From: Octopus sinensis
Lineage: Eukaryota
Direction of reading: 5' to 3'
DNA length: 64,000 nucleotides
Assembly (NCBI RefSeq): GCF_006345805.1
Contig: NC_043003.1
Coordinates: forward strand, 34,844,001 to 34,908,000
How positions within the stretch are numbered: the stretch's first letter is position 1; every line of letters starts with the position of its first letter. Below the pieces are notes generated by a model. It was not told where the DNA came from, did no database searches, and was given only the letters and a program-made list of their open reading frames with translations. Below are positions 53,141-64,000 of the stretch, piece after piece. Position numbers and translations under genes: made by a program.

Positions 53141-53899
53141 TGTGTGTATATATCTGTGCGTATGTGTGAGTGTTTATGTATGAGTGCACATTTACACCCC
53201 CCACACACGCATGCATATACATGTTCTGGCAAAACAACTTGTGAAAGGATCGTGACAAGAACTTTTTATATGTGAGATGTCGTAATTTATATTAGAAGGT
53301 GGAGGCTTCCCTAACTGTTTCTCCAATTTTTGTTGTCCCTATCTCGGAACGGTAGGAAACGTTGAAACATAAATAGCCAGCGAATATATCATTCCATTGG
53401 ATAATTAAATACAAAAATAACTTTTCGAAACAAAAAAATGCAAAAGAAAATTTTCAGAAAAATTATTTTGATAAAGAAGGTAAATATTTGAGTTCTATAT
53501 GGGAATGCTTTGATCATGGATTTTCGATGGAAGAGCGAAGATATGAGACGAAATCGATAATTGGTATATGAATTGATCTTGCATTTTAATGAATAAAGAC
53601 TGAAAATTAATAAAGAGTATGAAAAATTGAAAAAAATGTTGGGGGAGAATTTTTGAGGAAAATTTGTCGCAAAAACAGACAATAAAAGAAGGAACCAATA
53701 CCTACAGCACACTAAAGAGGAAGATAATCGCACAGATATCATATGAATGTCACAAAAGAATTTAAAAAATCAACTGACTGATGACGTATACATGCGCGTG
53801 CACGAACACGCACGCACACGTACAGCCAGTAACATACATCATAATACACATCTTTAAATATCGTAATTCATACGAGTGGTTTATTTGTTTCTACTTCTC

Positions 53900-53942
<43 letters not shown>

Positions 53943-55614
53943 GTGCCTGTATATATTTTAAACTGGTCATTGAGTAACTGCAACAACGGGGAGATGAGTA
54001 TCTGGCACTCCTACGGGCACTTCGACGTCTTTTGTCTAACTCTGAGGAGGTATATTCTTTCGTCTAGCACTGAAGTATAATGTGATTTAACACAGTATGT
54101 CCATAGAATGATCTTTTCCGACTACTGCAGCCTTTGGCTTGTCAATGATACACATACGTTAAATATGTCATGCAGATGATGATTTTAATCTAGTGTTGCA
54201 TCTACTGCATTATTTAATATATGAATGTATGTACTAACGTACGTACGTATGTATGTATGTAGGTATGTAGGTATGTATGCATGTATGTATTCATGCATAT
54301 ATTAATGTATGTATGTATGCGTTACAGAAAGAGAGAGTGTAGGAGTGAGAGAGAAGTATGAGCTTGTATAGATCCATGGGATGGAAAGAAAATAAAAATA
54401 TGGCAGAATCTTCATCAGGTTTTCGATGAAGGGTTTTGTCTAGTTTTCTCAATGTTATGCCATTTTACAAAAATGATAACAAATTTCGATGCTTATTTAG
54501 GCAAGAATTTTACAATAGGAAATATGTCTATTGAACGGAACTGAACTAAAAATTAACGACGCAGATGAGATATCCATTAATTGTCAAAACTATTGCTGTT
54601 TATAACTGCAAGTTGTACCTATTTATAGTCAGATGCATTATGCTGGAATATCAAAATGCCCTGGGTACGGGGGATAAACCAAGCATCTTGTGTATGAGAC
54701 TGATACACCGTGAGTCTAGCCTGGTTTTCAATTCCTGAATACTTTGAACTTGTTATTTGTAAAATCTGAAAACTATAACATTTAAACAATATCAGTCATT
54801 TCAAAGTGATACATGCATATTTTATAGGTGTTTGGAAATTGCTAAAGTTAATGACTTCATGAGCTATAAATTTATTATTTTACCGTCGTTTGCATTTTTC
54901 AGATTTTTATATCCCCAAGTGATTCATTTTATATATTTCGACTCAGTGTAATTGTTATAATAAAGCGGTCATTCGGTCATATTCTACTTGAGTGTTAAGT
55001 TGCTGAATATATAGAACAGCTATAACGTCATAAAATTTTCCTACATTGTTTGTCTCCAGATCTTTACGTTATAATCTCAAATCCTACCGAAGTCAACCTC
55101 AGATTCTATCATTGCGGGTTCGGTAAAATATAGTAATGATACCAAAGTCAATTGTGTAGACTTAATTAAAAATTACTGAACTATTGCCAAAGTTAGAAAT
55201 CATTATTTTATTTTTGAGTTGGTTTCTTAGACCAAGCTGCGTTTTCGTAAGACAGTGGTCCATCTTTCTAATAAACAAAGGAAAATTTTTTACTGTTTCA
55301 CATTTGAAGGTACTGTATAGTAGTCAAGAGTTCAATCTACATAGGAAATTCCGTACTATGAAGTAAATTTACTTCACGTACTTATAAAATAACATCGGAA
55401 AAAATGCGAATGTCACATGCTATCAGTTTCCAATTATAGCCTCAGATTCGATACTTAAGTTGTAAATTATTCTATTCGAAACAGAAGTTAAATTTCCACT
55501 CAGTTAAAATGGCCAACCAGTTAGAATTTTCAATTGGTACTCTGTAATATCGAGTTTATACTTAATGTCGAGAAGAGGGCTTAAATTACGACTTCATATT
55601 TTACACGAAGAGAG

Positions 55615-55840
55615 TGAAATGGAGAGAAAGAGCGAAAGGGAGAGAGAGATCGAGAAAGAGAAAGAGAGAATGAGAAAAGAGAGAGAGAAAGAGAGAGAAT
55701 GAGAACAGAGAGAGAGAAAGAGAGAGAAGAGAGAGAGCGGAGAGGAGATAGAGAGGGGATAGGGGAGAGAGGGGATAGGAGAGAGAGAGGGGATAGGAGA
55801 GAGAAAGGGGAGAGGAGAGAGAGGGTGGAGAGAGAGAGAT
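55615..55840 (+). repeat. Long near-homopurine (GA-rich) tract
   Basis: About 220 nt of almost only G and A on the plus strand, with several GGGG runs. Confidence 0.9.
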
Positions 55841-55946
55841 TTCAATGTGATATACTGAATTAATTCCCGAAAATGTATAGAGAGCTCCCGTGGAAGATAT
55901 CGCTGAAGGATAAATGCGCGCACAAGTACTCACACTCACACGCACG

Positions 55947-55981
<35 letters not shown>

Positions 55982-57098
55982 GCGCTGAAACAACACTCAT
56001 ATGCACATACTCACACAGTGTTACACACACGCGCTAACAGCCGAGTGAGACCTACACAGACGGGGCTGGGATGAAATGAGCATACAATCAACTCGAGATC
56101 CGATGCCGGCAGATAACAAATCACTCTAAATTAAATATATCCTCATTAAAATGTAACATTAATTTAGGCAAATGTGCTGTAGATGAGAATTCTTTCCCCT
56201 ACTTCCTTTATCACACTGTTACCGGCTATTCCTGTCTGTGATTCTTTCTAATTTCTTTCGCTTTTTCCTACGTTTCCTCTATATATTCCTCTCGAACGAT
56301 TTGGAAAAAGAAAGCAAATAATATTCAGTGACTATAGTGATTTTGTTGTTAAGTTTGACAAAAAAATGGAACTTCAACCAGCAAGGAGTACAAAATCGAC
56401 AACCTTATAAAAACTCAGCAGCAATAACCGATGCAGAAAATTATGGTATCAAAAATACTTAAGATAAACTAATTTGGTCAGCTGAGTTACGGTTAATTGT
56501 CTCCTTTAACCAGTTCGTTACAAACGAAAGAAGACTATAAAAAAAACAACAAGTGAGTTTTAGTATGAGCAAACCTTTCCTCCGATCCTTTTCAGATGAA
56601 TAAAATATATAATATTCAAGATAATCCAACCTTCTATTGACATCTCTATAAAAGAATAGGCGGAGAAAAGTATTACATCTATTGCTGCTATTCTAAAGAT
56701 TGAGCTCAATATATTTTAAGCTATTCGATGTTAATTCTGGAGCTGCCCTGATAGGTTTACTGAAGAAAATACAATATTATTAAGGAGTCATTATTCAGTT
56801 CTTTGAAGAACTATACTTCTCAGTAAAAAACTAGTCAGCAGGACACCTCCATACTAGAAAGCATTACTGACTGGAATCATTATCAATAATTCAAATCTTT
56901 TCATATATATTATCTTCTACTCGAAGGAATTTTGTAATTGACGTATCTATTTATGTATGTATAAATGTATGTATGTATCTCTCTGTCTGTCTGTCTGTCT
57001 CTCTGTCTCTATATATCTATGTCTGTATATCTATATGCCTGTCTGTCTATGTATATATATGTATATATTACATATATATACATATATATATATATTAT

Positions 57099-57153
<55 letters not shown>

Positions 57154-58303
57154 ATCAGAGATAAAAATAAATAGTTAGATAGATAGATATATTGATATAC
57201 ACACATAATTGTAAGAAATTCTCCGACTTTATTCGGATCATAAGTAAAGTAATTTTAACTGTCCTTAAATTGGAAATTCTTCAAGATTTATATCCTTTCT
57301 CCGCGTATTTTTTTTTATTTTTTATTTTTTGCTTCTTCTTAAAAGTTATAAGTTGTTTTGATGACCCGGTAAAGATGCATTACTTGATAATATACATGTT
57401 CCTAAATTTCGAATTGGTTATAAGTTTTCGATTAGCTCATTCATTGTGACGGTAGAAGGAAATTATCCGAAAGCTTCTTTTCAATAACACTAAGCAGGGC
57501 TGTGACCGAAACACTCTGCAGTATTTAAATATTCTATGCTGTTTCTACTTTCTTGGCAAATGAGTTCCTTAGAGAATTTGAACTACTTCATCAATTTGAC
57601 GAATAAGAGTTCTTTGAATGCTTCATTGTCGTATAAAATGTACCACAAGGGATTTAGTTGATAATTGTCGTTTTGAAATTTGGAGTACAACTATTTCTCC
57701 TGAAATTCTGTTTATGAACTACATTATGATTCATCTTTCAATGAATTTTAGATAAACTTCGAGAAATTATCGAGAGAGATATCCGTGTGAAGACATAGTT
57801 TTGTTTAGACTTGACACCGGTTTATGCTGTTGTAGAATTGAATTCCATCCAAATGGTTATCATCTCCCGCACAGAAAATATCTAGCCGTTCATACAACAT
57901 TAATGACTTTGAGCAGGTATTACCTGGAAGCAAATTCCTAATGTCTGATATTCGAGATAACTCTGTGGACCTAGGGGTTGAGGTTGGGCCTCTCGATTAC
58001 AGAAATATGTATATCCAGCCAATGACTGCAGTATGTTTTAAACAAACCAATACTGATACACATTTGAACTGGTTATCTGGCAGTCAAGTAGATTGGTACA
58101 CGCAGCCAGAATAACTGGGCAGTGGGATGTAAAACTACTGAAAAATTGATAGATAATTATATTGGTAAGTTGGTGTGCTGAAAACATGAATATTTAAATG
58201 AAGGTGTGCAAGCATCTATATAAGCTACTAAAAAAATTTAAAGAAATATTTGCATTTAAGTATGTATGTGTAATATATATAAATATATACATAAATATAT
58301 ATA

Positions 58304-58425
<122 letters not shown>

Positions 58426-59584
58426 AAAGATAGATATGCTTCCATATATATTACAATAACAATACATTCTTTTTCGTATTTGAATTACGAGAAAATGGGG
58501 ACGCGGGAATATTGTCGACAATAGAAAAAGTACAAGCCAAAAAAAAAGGATAATAATAATAATAAAAAGAAAAGGAGAAAGAAAATGACACGAAGAAAAA
58601 GAAGAAAGAAGTTGATGAGGAGGAAAAGGAGATCAACAACAACAACAACAATGTCAATAGCTATGGCAATACCATTAACAGCAATAACGACAATCAACCA
58701 ATGGAAACTTTTTGATGTATGTTTATTTACTTCGTTTTCTTTCCTTTTCACAATGTTGATATATATTGATTCTTACTGTATTTTCAACACAATTATCACT
58801 TTTTTCTAAGCCTACGAGGATTTGCTGTCGCTACTGATGTTGTTTTTGCTCTTGATTCTGTAATTGTTGTTGTTGCATCTGCTGTTGTTACAGTCGTTAT
58901 TACTTCTACTGAATTGGCTTTGCTTTTTGTGTTTATTATGCTACTGTATTTCTCTTTTAGGTTCTGGTGCTGCTGTTCTGATGACAAATGGTATTGGTGT
59001 TTCTGGATTGTATATAGTTGTTACTCTGGTTCTTCGTATTTTATTCTTTATCACTCTTGTTCTCATTATTTTTGGTGATGTTTCATTTTTTTCCATAGTA
59101 ATTTCTGCCTTTTTGTTTCATTTGTACCAATAGAAGTGATTTTAGAAAAGTTAAATGAACAGGCTGAAACTTGCATAATTAAACACATCCACAGATTTTT
59201 GTACGGTGACACAAATACATTGACCTATACCTAGTGAAAAACAGACATAATTTTATGCAAACAGATAGGTGCACACAGTATGACAAAATTAAATGCATGT
59301 CCTACGTATGGCATCAAATTATAAAATGCATTTTGAATTAATCGTTATAGATGCCATTAACTGAATGCAAAGATTAGGTAATCTACTGCTTAGCTGGATG
59401 GCTAGTAAAGTCTATATAAAAGTAAACGTGCACAAAAACTGTAGATCATCCAGTAAGAACGGATGACGGCAAGGAATTATACCCTACGTAGCTAGATAGA
59501 ATTTTAAAAAAAATAAAAGGAACTCGAAAATCAACACATCGTAATTTGACTGTTTTGCTATATGACAATTGCTTCAAGTTTTGG

Positions 59585-59768
59585 GACATGGCCAACAAAT
59601 TTTTAGGGAGGATTAAGTAGATAACATCGCTCCAAGTGCTCGACTGGTGCATATTTTATTGACGACGGGAGGATGAAAGGCAAAGACGATCTCGGTCGAA
59701 TTTAAACTCAAAACAGAACATAGACAACATACCGCTAAGTATTTCGCCCTGTCAGAGGCTCGCCACTT
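59585..59768 (-). mobile_element. SINE family A copy
   Basis: CGACTGGTGCATATTTTATTGAC...GGATGAAAGGCAAAGACGATCTCGG...ATACCGCTAAGTATTTCGCC. Confidence 0.75.
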
Positions 59769-61231
59769 TTATTTTGCTATGAAATATTAAATGAATAAAA
59801 AGAAAGTTAAACCTCGTACATCGGCTATCTTTAAAATTACAGCAGAGACAGTCTAACAGTCAATCGACAATACAAAATTAATAAAAAGTCTCTAAAACAA
59901 TTTGAAATTTGGTTTCTTGAATGGGAGCAAGAAGGTGAGTAGAGTACATTCATATTTAAGGCATAAATATTTTGTACGCGTGTATATATTGGCATGGAAG
60001 CATACGCAATATTTTATGAGCCCAATTTGGAATATTTTGTAGACACACGCTTACAAGGAACGAACATTTATCTGATGTATTATTTTATTATAATTACCTT
60101 TGTAACTATTTATATAAGCAAGCATGCATGCAAGCATACCCACACCAACACATGCATACATACATGAATGACTTCAATTATATACGGATGCGCATTTATG
60201 CGAGTATCTGTATGTGTTATGTGCAGAAAATTTTTCAATCGAGTACAACATATTACTGGTTTGCCTTTAGTTCCATTTGAAAATAAACAAATGGCGGTGT
60301 TTAGACTGGTAATTCAAACTATGTTATAAAACTACCTTTATCTGTCCTTCCACCTTTTCCTTTTCTACTTTCTTGTGCCTTGTGTTTATCTTTCTCTCTC
60401 TCTCTCTCTCTCTCACTACTTTTGTCCAAACACAGACATACATGCTTAAATCTTTCTCTACACGCACATATATGTGTGCGTTTGTGTGTGTGTGTGTGTG
60501 TGTGTGTTTCTGCATCTGTCTGTCTGTTTCTGTTTGAGCACTAGTCCATGTGTATGCAAGTGTTGCTTATACCGTGTGCGCGTATGTTGTGTGTGTTTGT
60601 GTATTTTTGTAATGATAACTATGTGGGCAGATTGTATTACTCCGAAATACACACACGCACGTATACATCTATTCATGTGTGTGTGTATATATATATACAC
60701 AAACATACTATACATACATATATATACATGTATATAATATATACGCAAACACACACACACGTTCACACACACACACACACACACACTCACATACGCACAT
60801 ATGCACACATATATTTATTCACATACATATATACATACAAACAAATATGAACACACACAGACGTTCAGTCGTGTCACGTGCCAAAGTGTACACGGGCGGC
60901 CATTTTATGTAGTGTAAAAATGATCTCTGAAGCAGATGCTATCAAAGTTATTATTAGTTCCACACATTTCAATCAGTTTATATTCTGAAGTGCTTCTTTC
61001 AGAACACAAGTTTTCCTCTTTTGCATTCTTTCTCTCTCGACAAGTTGTGTAATATTGTTTTGCGTTCTTTGGATCAATTTTCTCAGCAACGCTTATCTCA
61101 GAATAGCGTGTCAAGTGTATTTCCATGATCCTCCCGTCTCCCTTTCTCTCTCTCTCTCTCTCCTACACTTTATCTCTCTCTTTCTCTCTAATTCACTCTT
61201 TCAAACCCTCCTGTCTATATCTCTCTCCTTC

Positions 61232-61264
<33 letters not shown>

Positions 61265-61495
61265 CCTCTGTGTATACATAACACCATAACATAGACATTC
61301 CCCTCTTATTCCACAATCATTTCAAAACTACTGATTAAACTATGGCCGTCATGAAGATAATAACACTAATACCACTAACGATTGTAATGATAAGGATGAT
61401 GATATTGAGCGCAACAATGAATATCAAAACCAATGAGAATTCTACTACTACCGGTGATGGTGTTGGTACTGGCGCTGGTCCGGCAGCAGCTGCTG

Positions 61496-61526
<31 letters not shown>

Positions 61527-61580
61527 AAATAATAACTATGATAATAGTATTGATAATACGATAATAATTATTTCAGTATA

Positions 61581-61780
61581 TGCGCAAGGCCTGAAATTGG
61601 GAAAGACAGGGCTCGTCGTTTACATCGCTTCTCGTGTTAGGCTGTAACTTATTTAACCAATCGAGAAAGGATTCAAGGCAAAGTCAACCTCAGAGATATC
61701 CGAATTCAGAAGATAATGACAGACGAAATAACAACAAGCATTTTGCTTGGCATCCTAACAATTCTACCAGCTAACTGCTT
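61581..61780 (-). mobile_element. Diverged SINE family A copy
   Basis: CAAGGCCTGAAATT...GGATTCAAGGCAAAGTCAACCTC...GACAGACGAAATA...CTAACAATTCTACCAGCT. Confidence 0.7.
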
Positions 61781-61816
61781 TAAAAACAATTATTTCTACT
61801 ATAAGCAATTAATAAC

Positions 61817-61858
<42 letters not shown>

Positions 61859-61871
61859 CATAATAATAATA

Positions 61872-62174
61872 GCTGATCGCTACCTAACTCAGATACCAGG
61901 AAACCCCAAAATGGCAGAAATTCAAAAGATAGTGCTCGTGGGAACTGCTCATATCCTACGCAAAATACTTTCTATGTAATCTCAAGTTTTAAAACAAACA
62001 TAATTTTTGTTTTTGTTTTTTTTTGACATTCACTAGTACAACACAAAATACAAAACCAAATATATGGCACACTAGGCATAACAACATCACGAACTTCCAG
62101 CCTGTTGTCTCTTGAGGTCTCTGGGTGAGACTTGGAGCCAACTTGTACAAATATAAAGCAAAAGTCAAACATAG
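61872..62174 (+). mobile_element. R4/Dong-like non-LTR 3' end, 5'-truncated, in (AAT)n
   Basis: ADRYLTQIPGNPKMAEIQKIVLVGTAHILRKILSM* (stop at 61977-61979), about 195-nt 3' UTR, (AAT)n directly on both sides. Confidence 0.88.
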
Positions 62175-62203
62175 AATAATAATAAAAATAATAATAACAA
62201 TGC

Positions 62204-62417
62204 TTTCTAAAACAGGCACAAGGCCTAAAATGTGGTGGGAGGGGACAACTCGATTACAGCGACTCTAGTGCTTCAGTGGTACTCACTTTATCGACCGGGA
62301 AGAGATGAAAGACAGAGTCGGGTTCGGCGGAATTTAAACTCTGAACGTAGCAACAAGCGAAGTACCGCTAAGCGTTTCATCCAGAGTGCTAACGATTCTG
62401 CCAGCTCACTGCCTTAC
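62204..62417 (-). mobile_element. SINE family A copy
   Basis: AGGCACAAGGCCTAAAAT...TCGACCGGAAGAGATGAAAG...GGCGGAATTTAAACTCTGAACGT...GCTAACGATTCTGCCAGCTCACTGCCTT. Confidence 0.85.
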
Positions 62418-62420
62418 TAA

Positions 62421-62815
62421 TCTTTATATATAAAAGTGAGGTTGTGTGCTGTCTGTCTCCTACGATTTAGATTCCTAACTACTCCCACATTTTGCGGTGC
62501 AGTTTAACCAAAACCGGGTATCTTATAGTCGTGATTCATATCGAGCCCTTCTGGGTATTAGCGCGCGTCTACGATGAGTCTACGATTTAAAAAAAATTAC
62601 CATCAATTTTTCCCATTTTTAATGCATTTTTGGTATATATAAGGGAAGTTATTCTCTAAAAATTTATTATTAAATCTCAGAACGTAAAAAGCTACAGTAA
62701 CACTCCCCCCTTTGTGGTTAGCCATATTGAGATGGCTATTATACTTTACATCTCTAAAAATGCTTATATAGTTATTTCCCTTACAAACCCGAGCAACGCC
62801 GGGCGATACTGCTCG
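62421..62815 (+). mobile_element. Non-autonomous Helitron (395 bp)
   Basis: 5' A|TCTTTATATATAAAAG; 3' GC hairpin CCCGAGCAACGCCGGG (62788-62803) then CTCG|T (CTAG-like); lies between A and T with no TSD. Confidence 0.75.
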
Positions 62816-63099
62816 TATTATTAATAATGATAATAATGACTTCTTTATTAACCACAAGGGTTTACATTCAGGAAAACATTATGGACAGTACAGGTCAACA
62901 CAAAGAGCGTGTGTGTGTGTGTGTGTGTGTGTGTGAGTGAGTATGTGTGTTGTAGTGAGGGTTTTGCATGTAAATAAGACTAACAAAATTATAGAAAAAT
63001 AAATCAACAATGTGTAATCCTTTATAGGGAGGAGATGTTCGAGGGCTGCTCATGAAAAAGTTCATAATAAGCCATGTGTACCCAGACTTTTGGGGCAGG

Positions 63100-63727
63100 A
63101 GCTGTTTTTTCTTTATTTTTTTTTCCAACTACAGACGTGTGTTCAGGGCGGGTCCGTTCACTTGCACCATTCCTGCCACTTTTATTCATCATTCAGCAAT
63201 CTTGCTAGGAGACAACACTTCCCTCTCTACCCTTATTTTCCTTTTCAGGGGAAACTTGAAGAAGTTGATCAAGGATTGGCCAATGAGAAAAGTGTTTAAC
63301 TTTAGGCTCTTCAATCTCGTCCACCATACAACCTCTTTCACCATATGAACACAGCTTTTCCTTTCCGGTTAGGGGCGATCTTCACGATGGATTCAGCTGA
63401 TAGCCGGATCCGTCCCACGCGCGTCAGCAGATGTTCGACATAAACCCATAGGTCAGCAATGCTTGGACACTGGACGAGCGTATGCAGGACCGTCTCGTCG
63501 TCCTGCGCGCATCTGAGACATGTTCGGCTGACGGCACTTCCCGGTCTCTAAAGTTAATCTCGAACAGGTAAAGCTTCCCTGTAGCAGTACCAGGCCAAAA
63601 ACTTTTGGAAATAATCCATCGGTGTCGAGCCGAAAGTTCACTGGAAAAGAGCGAGCAACTGATCTTTTTAGACGCCCAAGATCTCCCGAAGAACGTCGTC
63701 GCACATTTGCTCCACCAATCCTCCATA
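63100..63727 (-). mobile_element. L1/Tx1-clade LINE 3' relic
   Basis: Minus strand LAWYCYREALPVRD*L*RPGSAVSRTCLRCAQDDETVLHTLVQCPSIADLW (zf-RVT CCHC knuckle) and LINFFKFPLKRKIRVEREVLSP, followed by an A-rich tract. Confidence 0.85.
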
Positions 63728-63797
63728 AAGAGCTAACGATTCTGCCAGCTCACCGCCTTCAATAATAATAATAATATAATAATAATAATAATAATAA

Positions 63798-63830
<33 letters not shown>

Positions 63831-63837
63831 TTATTTA

Positions 63838-63995
63838 TTTACCGCAGGCAGCTAAACATAGAGGGGACAAACAAGGAGAGACAAAGGGATTAAGTCGATT
63901 ACATCGATCCCAGTGCGTAACTGGTACTTATTTAATCGACCCCGAAAGGATGAAAGGCAAAGTCGACCTCGGTGGAATTTGAACTTAGAACGAAA
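63838..63995 (-). mobile_element. SINE family A 3' part
   Basis: GCTAAACATAGAGGGGACAAACAAGG...CTGGTACTTATTTAATCGACCCCGAAAGGATGAAAGGCAAAGTCGACCTCGG. Confidence 0.9.
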
Positions 63996-64000
63996 TACTG

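Noticed and set aside
56600-57900. Possible very old Tc1/mariner relic on the minus strand
   Set aside because: Only faint motif echoes (YVF, LNPL); catalytic motifs and TIRs could not be reconstructed.
58092-58164. Short open frame ending TTG|GTAAGT
   Set aside because: Weak acceptor and no recognisable protein.

Overview
AT-rich eukaryotic genomic DNA dense in microsatellites. The SINE families and decayed transposons look like those of a coleoid cephalopod, most likely Octopus (inference from recalled repeat families, no database search). No host protein-coding gene could be identified with confidence. Most listed ORFs are microsatellite artefacts or transposon fragments. The window holds: many copies of three SINE-like families; a full-length but decayed 1.27-kb Tc1 element with DD36E spacing; mariner and hAT relics; a short Helitron; CR1, L1/Tx1 and RT-domain LINE relics; and four R4/Dong-like 3' ends next to (AAT)n tracts. 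The most striking signal is at 43.3-45.9 kb, where two different (TA)n-embedded elements each carry a minimal type I hammerhead ribozyme motif with a palindromic stem III and a fold-back (inverted) end. One is a 454-bp near-perfect hairpin with two outward-facing canonical hammerheads. The other is a 361-bp tandem unit with a U3:A8 compensatory-core hammerhead on top of a rod-like stem. Both resemble Penelope-like element (PLE) pLTR or retrozyme-type elements. Coordinates of decayed repeats are approximate.
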